Below, in pieces: positions 1 through 11,487 of a stretch of 64,000 bases of DNA. A program made the translations under genes and the position numbers. This DNA comes from Octopus sinensis (taxonomy: Eukaryota), in the NCBI RefSeq assembly GCF_006345805.1, contig NC_043022.1, positions 12,648,001 to 12,712,000 on the forward strand, read 5' to 3'. Position 1 is the stretch's first letter; the number at the start of each line of letters is the position of its first letter. Below the pieces are notes generated by a model that saw only the letters and a program-made list of their open reading frames with translations, was not told the DNA's origin and ran no database searches.

Positions 1-2099
1 TCTAACTGTAGAAAATTCTGCCTTGATGTGGACTGGCTCATGCAAGCATGGAGAAATAGGTATTGATACGATGGGAGTAGCAGTGGTAGAAGTTTTGACT
101 CAATCAATGAATGGAAGTTGTTTCCACTATATTAACCTGTGATTGACCCAATCAAATGTCTCTTAATTGGCATAACCTTTTAGTTACCATTGGATAATTT
201 AATGTAATATGCTGGCAGCACAAAGAAAGCACCAAGTCTACACTGTAAAGTGGTTGGTGTTTGGAAAGGTATTAAGCTTTAGAAACCATTGCAAGGCATA
301 CACTCAAATACAATATAGTCCTAGGGTCTATCAGATCTTGGCAAACCATCTAACCCATGCCATCATGGAACATGGACGTTAAATGTTGATGTGAAAATTG
401 TTACCAGAATGTATGGATTTGGTTAAGCTTAGATGATTGAAGAATATCAATGTGAATTCAAACACCTCAAGCAATTAAGGTGAAATTTTAAGTCGCAGTC
501 AACATAAATATCACTCTACTCTCAGTACTGTGTCACCATGTCAGTAAATGTTCCAATGTTATTCCTTAAGCTACTTGATAACTTTATTTAATACTTATGC
601 TGATACATATCAAGAAAATCAAATCGATTGGATTGGATGGAATAATAAAAGTATGTGTACATAAAAAGGGTTCAGAAAGAAAAAAATTATTTTAATTATA
701 TAATCTATGTATTTCATTACATAATCCATGCATGTGTAAAACAGTAACAGTATGTTACTGTAGGCAATATTAAAATTTCGTAATTTATTACCCTGTGAAT
801 TCAGTTAATTCAATTACTCTGGTTAACTACAGCTGTTGCCCACAATCAAGCTATGATCTAGTATTAGCATACACTTTGCCCTTCACTGATGTCATTCTTT
901 TTTCTTTTCTTTGTTTTAGGTGCCCATGTAGTCACAATGACACACACAAATACTCTCTCAATACAGTGGAACATTCAAGACACGCCAGTTGGAAGGCAAG
1001 AGAAAGGATGAAATTATAGTTGCACTCCATGCAGAGAGCCAGAACAAAATCCACGCAAAGCATTTTGTCTAATGATATTGCTAAACCACCACTTTACAAG
1101 ACTTCACTTAATTGCTCAATTATTTCATACATACACGTATTTCATATATCATCATTTTACATCTGCTTTCCATGCTGGCATGGATAGGATATTTTTATCA
1201 GTGAGCTGCAGGGCTGTGTTGATCTCCAGTGTCATCTTTGGCATGGTTTCTACGTTTGGTTGCCCTTCCAAACACTGACCAATTTACAGAGCATACTTAC
1301 AAATTATGTGATAGAAAAATAATTGTAATTTGCAAGACAGAAAAGAACAGAGAAGGAAAGGGAGGAAGAACCTCCCACTACTAAGAAGTATTTTGGATGG
1401 GTGTATGGAGGTGAATGGCTGTATGCCAGGTGTCAAAAGGTTAAAGTATGAAGTATGATAGAGGAACAAGCATGGGTGCCTTATATATACAGCTTCATTT
1501 TGAGTACAGGTGGATCCTATGCCTCATATGAAGTCAGCTGTAGCTGTAAGAAATATGCATTGATAATTCATATATGTAACATATGGTATGATTATAAACA
1601 GAGCAAATTTTAACCATTTCTCTGCAGACTGAAAAAATGATGGACAACCCTAATTGATTTTTTTAACCTTATTGGGTTCTCATCTGACAGTCTCCAGAGA
1701 AACAAGCAGCCAAAACTGTTTATATACTCAACAAATGCAGCAGTTACACTATGAAGGAGTCCCTAATTTGCACACAGAAAGTGTTTAACACTCTATAAGT
1801 ACTAGTGGCCTGTCAATGGGGATCTTAGTCGACACAGTATCAAGGTATGATATAATATATACGTAACATTTGAAGATAAACCTGTACAATTCTATGTGTA
1901 TGTGGAGGTAAACCTGTAAATCCAACTTGTGCAGGTAAAGCTATATAACTATCTGAAGAAATTTTATCTCCATGATTGTTTCAGATTAATCAAGCATTTC
2001 TCTCTATCTAAGTGTCATCCACACACACCTTCCCTCTCTGACTCCAGGCAGATTGGCTTAACTAGTCTTAAGTTGTCATTAAAAAGAGAGTTGGAATGA

Positions 2100-2560
2100 G
2101 AAAATAAATAATTATACTGTGATTTACAAATTGACGAACAAGAAACTGGTGACGAGGGGTGGAGGAGGTGAGGATTAAGGAGGTAGTGAGTGTGAGAATA
2201 TCTAAGACGGCATGAGACAGGGAATAGAAGAGGCGAGAGAGGGAATATAGAGAATGTAAAATGAGGAAATGATATAAGAGATGCAGGTTGTAAGAAAAAG
2301 GAGAGTAAGAGTGAAATATACAGAGTATGAGAAGAGAGTTACAGAAAGTAAAATGAGAGAGGGAGAAAAGAGGAGAATAAGTTATAATTAAGAGAACAAG
2401 AGAGAGGCTTGTATTCATCACCAAGATGTCCATTGAGGTAAGATTTACACAACTGTGTTTCACATTATTGTTATTTCATTAATCAGTCTCTCTTTGGTAC
2501 TCTTGGACCAGTAGCATACATCAACTGTAATGTCAATGCTTTCATAGGTTGCTATGACAA
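2100..2560 (-). mobile_element. Very degenerate LINE (L2/CR1-group) apurinic endonuclease remnant
   Basis: AVLDILTLTTSLILTSSTPRHQFLV resembles the TLDLV...SDH motif; a frameshifted VDVC/LVQE-like motif lies upstream. Confidence 0.3.
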
Positions 2561-2654
2561 CCATTCTACTTTCTTCTCTTTTAACCACTCTCTCTCTCTC
2601 TCTCTCTCTCTGTCTGCCTTTATCTATCTGATATGTAAGTATGTATGCATATTC

Positions 2655-3056
2655 TCTTTACTCTTTACTCTTTTACTTGTTTCAGTCATTTGACTGTGGC
2701 CATGCTGGAGCACTGCCTTTAATCGAGCAACTCGACCCCGGGACTTATTCTTTTGTAAGCCCAGTACTTATTCTATCGGTCTCTTTTGCCAAACCGCTAA
2801 GTAACGGGGACATAAACACACTAGCATCGGTTGTCAAGCAATGCTAGGGGGACAAATACAGACACACAAACACACACACGCATACATATATATATACAAC
2901 GGGCTTCTTTCAGTTTCCGTCTACCAAATCCACTCACAAGGTTTTGGTCGGCCCAAGGCTATAGTAGAAGACACTTGCCCAAGGTGCCACGCAGTGGGAC
3001 TGAACCCGGAACCATGTGGTTGGTAAACAAGCTACTTACCACACAGCCACTGCTGC
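2655..3056 (-). mobile_element. Octopus-type tRNA-derived SINE, family A, near full length
   Basis: Minus strand: tRNA-like head GTGGCTGTGTGGTAAG...GGTTCAGTCCCA, body GGCACCTTGGGCAAGTGTCTTCTACTATAGC, central (TA/CA) tract, 3' CAGTCAAATGACTGAAACAAGTAAAAGAG; near-identical copies elsewhere in the window. Confidence 0.9.
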
Positions 3057-3606
3057 TGTAAGGCACACTCTTCTATCTTTACTATCTCTTCTCTTGTTCT
3101 TCATCCTTTCTGGGTTTTCTCTCCCACCCTTCCCTATTCTTCTCCTCTCCTTTTCACCGTTCCCTCTCTCTCACTCCTCCTCACCTCTCATCGCTGACAC
3201 GTGACTAAAGAGAATCTATCTTTCTGACAACTACCTTCGTAAAGACAAAACGTGCTTATACCGTCTCCTTCATAAGCTCATCTTCCTAGCATTCATAATA
3301 ATTTTTCTATCATCTTGGCTTAACAGCCCTCACTGTTTGTTTTTACTGTTTTGTTCTCACTGTCCTGTTCTTGTTACCACTTTCACCCTCCTCAAAAATT
3401 TTATTTAATTTGCCTTACAGGAAGGACTGTTTCAACGAAGTTGCGTCTTGTCTTTGCCTTCGAAACGTGGAGTAGATAAAACAGGGACAACTGAAGAAGG
3501 GGAATATTCTTTATGTTGTACGTCTTGTTTCCCTGTTTGTTTTTTTCATTGTTCGAAAAAAGTTTGTTTCTATGTTTTTGTTTCTCATTGTGTTCAACAT
3601 TTTTTT
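3057..3606 (+). mobile_element. Probable Penelope-like element terminal-repeat remnant
   Basis: Pyrimidine-rich block followed by two decayed hammerhead-like cores (CTGACAA...AAAACGT at ~3222; CAACGAAG...CTTCGAAACGT at ~3433) and a T-rich end similar in style to 40599-40785. Confidence 0.35.
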
Positions 3607-3984
3607 GATTATATATATATGTAGGTATGTACATATATGTATGTATTATGTATATATTCATATATTATTTAGATTACACACACATATATATATATATATT
3701 TTAAATATCTTTGTAGCTGATGGAAGTAAGTTATCCCTGAACCAGAGACTGGGCCTGAACATTAGTATTAAATGGATTCCATTTAAAATGAGCCAAAAAC
3801 CAGGTGATGGAATAAGTCTGCCACACAACAATTCAGGACCTGAAAAACTGGAATAAATTAACAGACGACATCTTGTCTGACAATTTAACAATTCCATCAA
3901 TAATGTTTAACTGGAATTAGTAAAAGCTATAGGGTGGGTGGGTATGGGGTAAGGAATGAACTCTGGTTTTGTGCAATTTCATGA

Positions 3985-4085
3985 ATGCGAATGGTAGTGG
4001 TAGTAGCTGATGGTAGTGGCAGTAGTTGTGGTGATGGTAGTAGTAGTAGTAGTGGTGATGGTGGTTAGTAGCTGTGGTGATGGTG
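3985..4085. repeat. (GTA/GTG/GAT)n low-complexity triplet tract just inside the intron downstream of the ECE exon
   Basis: Direct reading. Confidence 0.9.
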
Positions 4086-4102
4086 TTATTGCAACAACTT
4101 AC

Positions 4103-4349
4103 TTTGTTCTCCTTCGATTTGGTTAATCTTGGACTGTTTCACTGTTAGCATGATGGCCAATATGATGACCACAGCACTGAGTATGATGGACAGGGTGATC
4201 AGAACTCGCTCCAACACCGTCTTACGTTGCCATGTGGTGAGACCACCCTTGAAGAGGACAACACTTGGGTTGAAATCTATAGTTGGTGTCCCACCATTGG
4301 ACACATCGTCATCTTCAAAGTTCGTCCGTTTATAACGTTGACCCGACAT
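4103..4349 (-). CDS. ECE1: Coding exon of an M13 zinc metallopeptidase (endothelin-converting enzyme / Nep3-like): cytoplasmic tail, type II signal-anchor and start of the stalk
   Basis: Translates MSGQRYKRTNFEDDDVSNGGTPTIDFNPSVVLFKGGLTTWQRKTVLERVLITLSIILSAVVIILAIMLTVKQSKINQIEGEQ. The YKR-T-x-x-E/D-D and R-T-x-x-E-x-x-L + hydrophobic helix pattern matches human ECE-1 (MSTYKRATLDEED...RTQVEKRLVVL) and fly Nep3 (MTRYKQTEFTEDD) as I recall them. Acceptor TTTTCCAG|ATG at 4349; donor CAAA|GTAAGT at 4103; 247 bp, phase 0 in and phase 1 out. The catalytic HExxH exons are outside the window, so the exact paralogue is uncertain. Confidence 0.85.
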
Positions 4350-4584
4350 CTGGAAAACAACAATGATAATAATTATAGCAATCATAACTCTTTTTTTCTT
4401 TCCTTCTATTTTCTTTTTTCCTTTTTTTTTTCTATCACATAACTTAACTTTGTAAATGAACAATCTGGTGTGTTTATTTTAATGGCCTACCAATGTAAAC
4501 AGTGAATTTCTTTGCCCTATGCATTGGGAAGAAACTCAGCAAGAAATGAAAACAAAATTGAAAGAAGAACGAAAACAATAATAA

Positions 4585-5011
4585 TTCTAATTTTGGCACA
4601 AGGCCAGCAATTTTAAAAAGAGGGGACAAGTCAATTACATCAACGCCAGTACTTGACTGCTATTTTATTTCATCATTCCTAAAAGGATGAAAGGCAAAGT
4701 TGACTTCAGCAGGATTTGAACTCAGAACATACTGAGCCAGAAAGAATGCTGCTTAGTATTTTTTCCAATGTGTTCACAATTCTGCCAGATCACTGCCTTA
4801 ATAATAATAATCCTTAGGCACAAGACCTGAAATTTAGGGGAAGGGAATAGTCGATTACATCAACCCTAGTGTTTCTCTGGTACTTAATTTGTCGACCCTG
4901 AAAGGATGGAATGCAAAGTCGACCTTGGCGGAATTTGAACTAAATGTAATGACGAGTGAATATCACTAAGCATTTCGTCTACCGTGCTAATTCTGCCAGC
5001 TTGCTGCTTTC

Positions 5012-5075
<64 letters not shown>

Positions 5076-5192
5076 GTAATAATAATAATAATTGTAATAA
5101 TAATAATAATAGTAATGATAATAATAATTGTAATAATAATAATTGTAATAATAATAATAATAATTGTAATAATAATAATAATAGTAATAATA

Positions 5193-5224
<32 letters not shown>

Positions 5225-5449
5225 GTAATGATAATAATAATTGTAATAATAATAATTGTAATAATAATAATAATAATTGTAATAATAATAATAATAGTAA
5301 TAATAATAATAATAGTAATAATAATAATAATAATAATAATAGTAATGATAATAATAATTGTAATAATAATAATTGTAATAATAATAATAATAATTGTAAT
5401 AATAATAATAATAATTGTAATAATAATAATAATAGTAATAATAATAATA

Positions 5450-5480
<31 letters not shown>

Positions 5481-6505
5481 TAGTAATGATAATAATAATT
5501 GTAATAATAATAATTGTAATAATAATAATAATAATTGTAATAATAATAATAGTAATAATATAATAATAGTAATAATGATAATAAATTCTGAATCAGACAC
5601 AAGGCCAGCAATTTTGAGGAGAGAAGGAGTAGGTGATACCATTTTTATCAACTTCCAATAGATGAAAGGCAAAATTGACTTTAGTGTCATTTGAAATCTG
5701 AACATAAAGAACCAGAAGAAATACAAGGTAGTTTTTTTGACAGTCATGATTTTACCAGTTCAACACCTTTTTATAATAATAATGGTTTCAAATTTGGTAC
5801 AAGGCCAGCAATCTTAGGGGTAGGTGGTCAGTCAAATACATCAAACCCAGTGCTTTACTGCTATTTATTTTATCAACTTTGAAAAGATGATAGACAATGT
5901 TGACCTCAGTGGAATTTGAACTTGAGACATGGCAATAAATACTGCTAAGCATTTTGTCTGGTGCAGTAACAATTCTACCAGCTTGACATCTTAATAGTAA
6001 TTTCAAATTTAGACACAAGGCCAGCTATTTCAGGAGATGGGTAAAGTGAATTACATCCAGATGGGTGCTTAACTGATATTTATTTTATCAATTCTGAAAC
6101 AATGGAAGGTAAAGCTGACCTCAGCAGAATTTGAACTCAGAACATAAAGGCAGATGAAATGCTGCTAAGCATTTTATCCAGCATGCTAATGATTCTGCCA
6201 GCTCACTTAATAATAGTAATGATGATAATAATAATAATGGTTTCAAACTTTGACACAAATTCAGCAATTTTAGGAAAGGGCTTAAGTTGACACCATCAAC
6301 CCCAGTACTTTATATTTTGTCCAAAGTTCTAAACATTCTGCCAAGGCACAAGACAAGAAATTTTGGAAATGAAGTTAGTCAAATCAAACCCAGTACTTGA
6401 CTGGTACTTCATTTTAATTGACACCCCACCCCAAAGGATGAAAAACAAAGTTAAAATTGGAGGATTTGAGCTAAGAATATAAAAAGCCTCAACAAAATAT
6501 AAAAA
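4585..6505 (-). mobile_element. Head-to-tail array of six SINE family B copies (Meta-domain-like central region), separated by (AAT)n
   Basis: Copies at ~4585-4799, 4811-5010, 5583-5770, 5783-5991, 6001-6207, 6239-6505. Each reads on the minus strand GGCAGAAT..TTAGCA...TTCTGAGTTCAAAT...TTTGCCTTTCATCCTTT.GGGGTCGATAAAATAAGTACCAG...CTGGCCTTGTGCCAAAATTTGAAA(ATT)n. The Meta-domain label is from memory of MetaSINE/Sauria SINE cores. Confidence 0.85.
5012..5582. repeat. ~570-bp compound (AAT)n microsatellite with higher-order structure
   Basis: AAT interrupted by AGT, GAT and TGT variants; the block AGTAATGATA recurs at ~5111, 5224, 5341 and 5482. Confidence 0.95.
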
Positions 6506-7350
6506 GTCTACAACTCTTTCCTGCAATCAGACCTAGACACAATGCAGCAATGGATCACAGACTGGCAACTGAAACTGGCTGTGGACAAGTGTACCACCAT
6601 GCATTTTGGGAGAAAAAACCCTGCGTCCACATACTCCCTCCACAACTCTGATATCAAGAAATCCTCTTGCGAGCGTGACCTAGGCATCACTGTCAGCAGT
6701 GATTTGCGTTGGACAAAGCATATCTCTAAAATTGTCAGGAAGGCCGAGGGTGTCTTGGCATCACTCAGCAAGACTTTTGTTAGCCGCTCTCCAGCCATCT
6801 ATTTAAAACTGTATATAGCTATGGTACGACCACACTTGGAATTCGCATCATCAGTTTGGAATCCCTATCTTGCTCAGAACATTGACCTCCTGGAATCTGT
6901 TCAGAGACGTGCAACCAAATGCATACCCTCCATCAGACACCTACCATATTCTGAGCACCTTGTTTCCCTGGGCATGGATTCACTGAAGCTCCGGCGTCTG
7001 GCGACGGACTTGGTAAACACCCACAAGGTTATCAACCACCTCACCAACAACAACACTGAACACCTTTTTGATCTCCATGTGTCTAACACACGTGGACATG
7101 CCTACAAAGTCAGAAAACAACACAGCTCCCATGACTTTCGGAAACATTTTTTCACGCTCAGAGTTGCTGAAGCATGGAATAAACTGCCTGCGTCAGTTGT
7201 TGACTGCCATGACACTGCATCCTTTAAGGCCCTCATGCTTTCCGAAATCCGCCGAAACTACACCTGATTATATATACACTTTAGATGAGTTGTAGTGCAC
7301 CTGAGCACTGTACACAATTATTATTATTATTATTATTATTATATTATTAT
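6506..7350 (+). mobile_element. 5'-truncated CR1/L2-group LINE: RT C-terminal region, short 3'UTR, (ATT)n tail
   Basis: Uninterrupted 241-aa ORF with KCTTMHFG, ERDLGITVSSDL, LYIAMVRPHLEFASSVW, LESVQRRATK, LRRLATDL, TRGH, FFTLRVAEAWNKLP motifs; ends GTGCACCTGAGCACTGTACACAA(TTA)n. Confidence 0.93.
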
Positions 7351-8949
7351 ATTAAAAATTCTAAGTGTCCACTGCTCTGATAACTTTACCAAGAAATCTA
7401 ATGTATGGAAAGATCTGAAAACGAAGTTTAGAAAATGGGGAGGGAGTGGGGAATTGAACCTGCCATTAGAAGGTTGGTGAGATCTGAAGTAAAATAATTA
7501 GGTTGATAAACAAATATCAAATCACAATTAAATCTTTTAATCTGTTGAGACCTTATTTAACCTTCAACCTGGATGAACATATGGTTGTGTAGTTATGTAT
7601 TTCTGTTTATCTCTATGTCATTCTGGGTCATTCTCACTGTGTGGCAACTGGGGTAAATTGTCTTTTATTATAACCTTAGCATTGACTAATAGATCGAGTA
7701 GATTTAGTTGATGGAATTTGAGTGGAAACCTTCATATACATACATACATACACACACACACAGAGTTACGTGTGTGAATAGTGTTAACTATAAAAAAAAA
7801 GAGTTCCATAGAAGAGATTACTAATGTATTTTATTTTGTTGAGTCAGTCTCTTGATACTCTGAGTTTCACCTCCAGCTGCACAGATCAGAGTAACAAGAG
7901 ACTGATTTTGAACTCTATATCTAGTCATTTGGTTGACCCCAATTAATAGACAGAAATAATTAAAAGATCAAAGGATATGATTTGGGGAATGGTGAAATGT
8001 CAACAAGAAGCAGTAGGGTGGGATGCTGTATGGAAACTATTGGGGAAAATGGTGGATACTGTAAGAAGGTAAGAGAGACTGAAGTGACAGGAAGTTGATC
8101 ACAAATGTCTTTTTCTTTTTAAAAAAAATCAATGCAAAATCAGTGGTGGAGGTTAGCAGAGAACATCTCAAATGTTTGTCATACATAAATTTACTTCAGT
8201 GATGCTAGTGATGGCTGGGGGAAAGAGGAATGGAAAAAATTGCGAATTTATAGCAAAATCTTCAGTATCAAGAAATGTTTGTTAAATGAAGGGAAAATAA
8301 AATTGACATTAGAAAACATAATTTTATGATAAATATATTATTAATCATATACTTTATTCTGTTATCATCAAGTTATAATATTCAGTCAGTTAATGAAATG
8401 ACTACTTTATCAAAAGACACTCCAATACCTTTTAACTTGATCTCTTTGGCTTTGAATTAGCCAATTTATGAAATAATGAGATATGAGCAAGTATGACTGT
8501 GGGGTAGAGAAATTTACTGTTCAACCACATGGTCTTATGTTCAAACCCACAGCATGTTTCTTTGGATGAGTGTCTTCTACCAAAGCCCTGGGCCAGCTAA
8601 TACTTATGAGTGGATTTGGCAGATAGAAACTGAAAGAAGCCTGACATATGTGTATATACATGTGATAGTTGTAAATCTGTGTCTCTATCATGCAGGTTCA
8701 TTCATTTCCAGTATTCTGTGAAATTATTTCTGGCTATGGAGAAATATTAGTGTGTTTGTAAACAAGTGAGGATTGGTGACAGAAAGGATATCGGGTCATA
8801 GATAATCTTCTTCAATAAATTTCATCAGTCACCTTCAAATATGTAGACAAATGTCTTGGTTTCACCAGAGGCAGAAAGAAGGACAATCATTAATCTAGTA
8901 ATAATAAATTATATGTATTTGTTTTATAAAGATTAACAGAATCATTACA

Positions 8950-9135
8950 ACATCAGGCAAAATACTTTGTAGTATTTGTTCTGAGAGTTCCAGTTTCAGT
9001 TTCAAATCTCACCAAAGTCAACTTTGCCTTAATGTATCAGTATCAAGTACTGGAAGCAGGGGGAGTCAATGGCACCGACTATTCTCTCCACCTCAAAACT
9101 GTTGACCTTGTGCCTAAATTAGAAGCCATTAATTA
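8950..9135 (+). mobile_element. Degenerate SINE family B copy
   Basis: TTCAAATCTCACCAAAGTCAACTTTGCC...GACCTTGTGCCTAAATTAGAA followed by AAT-rich sequence. Confidence 0.6.
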
Positions 9136-10094
9136 CATTAATGGGAAATAAAATTAAATATTAAAAGTATTATTGATAAATAAAAAGAAATCTATCGAAA
9201 ATAAGAAATATAATAATAATTATTATTATTATCATAAATTAATAATAATAATAATAATTATATTATTATAAATTAATAATAATAACAATGATAATGGTCA
9301 TAATAATTGTAGTGATTAATAAATGGAAAGTTGACTGACAAGCTGTACAAAACAACAAATTCATTAGACTTAACGAGGAGGCAAAAACATCATATCAAAG
9401 CCAATGTAATCACCAGGGATTTTGAGGGAAAACATTTAGCTAGAAATAACAAGGAGAGGAGGAAGAATACAAGGCAAGCATTCGGTTAGTTTGAAGGAGA
9501 TACTTACAGTTTGATAGATAAAGACAATTAAAAATGAAACCAAACAGGGTAAGGTATATATATTCACAGAAAAGTCACATGATGTGCTATAAAAAGCAGT
9601 CAGATCATATCTTGCCATTTTTTTTATACAAGGAGTACTCAATGGATAATAGGCTAAGTCACATCTACAATGTGTCTCATCACTATATTTCTGCTCAATC
9701 AGGGCCAACCTGAGGCTAAACAACTGTTGAATTAATACTGTCAGTCGGTTTGTTGGTAGAAAACTAGCGAACTATTAGACAATAATATATATACCCCAAT
9801 AAATGTACTGTCTAGAAATGATACCTCAAATAAACAGTACCCTAACAGCAATGCTTCCTCTAAGTTTCTGCTGAGAGTGTCTACAGAAATTTGTGAGTAG
9901 CAAATTTTGTTTTTTCTTAGCAAAGTATGTGTGCACATTCATGCAAGTAACCATCACCAAAATTTCTTCAATCAAAAAATTTCATTTTGCCTTAAGAATA
10001 TTGTGTGCACACATTTTATAACTAGCTTGCAAATTAGAGAAAACTCTGCTCGCCAAGAGTAGCTCCATATATATGGTGTTCCTAACAGATGGTC

Positions 10095-10215
10095 CCTCCA
10101 ATAAATAGTACCCCAAACAAATAGTACTCCCAGTAAATTAAACCCCCAATAATAGTACACACAAACAGTACCCTTAATAAACAGCATGTCAATAAATAGT
10201 ACCTCAAACAAATGG
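10095..10215. repeat. Degenerate ~15-bp minisatellite (AATAAATAGTACCCC-like)
   Basis: About 7 variants of AAATAGTACC/AAACAGTACC in tandem; related units at ~9795-9845. Confidence 0.6.
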
Positions 10216-11399
10216 TTCAACTGTCTTCCTACTCTTTCACTACATTATAATATATATGTGAGTGTATACACACACACACATATTTATTTATACACATGTA
10301 TATATTTAATGTTTAAGGCCTCAACTCATTGTTACAACATCAGAATATAAAAATATGATCAGTCATCAAAGACCAAAATATTTCACTTATTTTTAAACAA
10401 AGGTAAATATTTATATAATCAATTGCTTAGTGGTCATGTTTATTGTGCTTCCTCTGCTGTGACAATTGTCATCAACAATTCCAGACCACCAATCAGATGG
10501 GTTGGGAAATCAAATAAATCTGTAGTTTACAGGATGGGAGTAGGTGTTACCAACAGATTGATGAATGGGAAATGTGTGTCTGCAGTTGGTCTCAAGGGTT
10601 TCGCTCTAAATTATTGTTTCTATCTTTGAATTATTATTTCAATGGTAATTTAGAGATAATGATTATGGTTGCTATGAGTACAGTGATAATATGACAATAA
10701 CAATGGTAATGACAATCATTGATATGATGGTGATGACCAAAATGAAAATGATAATAATGCAGCTGGTGACATTGATGATTATGAGTTGAGACAGTAAAGA
10801 ATGTAACAGAACCTTGTCATTTGAAAACTAGAATCCAGTTATGGGGCCAGTGGTGCCATAGCTATGACAGAGATTAAACTGCTGAGTAGATATGGCAAGA
10901 AAATGGTTACAATTTGAATGCCAGACATTTTGTACTGTAATCAACATGGCTTGTATAAAACATTGGTGAATGTATATATTGATAGCTAATATGGAATCTG
11001 TAGAAATATGTAAGTATGAGAGTTACAAACACTAATGCTTTTTTTTTTATGGATTCTGATATAAAGAATTATGGAAGTTTTTGTTGTCTGTTTTCTGTTA
11101 AAGCAATGTGCAGCTTTATACACACACACACATATATAAATATATATATTAAGTTTGTGAGGTATAGTTAATTGAGTCTTGAAACATCCTCTCATTAAAA
11201 TTTATTCTATATATACACCCATCCATCCATATATGTATCAACAAGGATTGTGCAGGGGAATGGTTTATATATATATATATGTGTGTGTGTGTGTAGAAAA
11301 GTGTATGTTGCAGCCATAATGATACCTCATTACATAATCTTGTTTCCTCTTTGTGTCTTCGATATCCTTCAGAGAGGCATGAATGTCTCACATTCTTAC

Positions 11400-11423
11400 C
11401 TGCATTCCAATTACCCACTCCAT
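11400..11423 (-). CDS. Candidate alternative first coding micro-exon of the ECE-like gene (MEWVIGMQ)
   Basis: Minus strand ATG GAG TGG GTA ATT GGA ATG CAG|GTAAGA: strong donor, phase 0, in frame with the exon at 4349. No transcript evidence; could be chance. Confidence 0.3.
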
Positions 11424-11487
11424 AAATAAATGTTGAAGAACTATTTGTTGTTGGAGCACCAGAATAATGTAGGTTTATATATATATA

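Noticed and set aside
895-925. Plus-strand polypyrimidine tract + AG suggesting an exon
   Set aside because: No recognisable peptide or donor follows in any frame.
2400-2463. SCVNLTSMDILVMNTS resembles the next ECE exon (CVSVTSSILSSMD)
   Set aside because: No polypyrimidine acceptor; the nearest AG gives a stop in the required phase 1; no following DPC..F..ACGGW motif. It fits a LINE remnant better.
4350-4463. 5' extension of the ORF (MFIYKVKL...IIIIVVFQ)
   Set aside because: This is the intron's T-rich/polypyrimidine tract upstream of the CAG acceptor, not coding.
4956-5747. Long poly-I/Y/L ORFs
   Set aside because: Translations of the (AAT)n microsatellite.
9508-9618. Phase-0 candidate first exon MARYDL...FIYQT|GTAAGT
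   Set aside because: Weak exon-side donor context, would add a second hydrophobic segment ahead of the signal-anchor, and is adjacent to a SINE remnant; within chance expectation.
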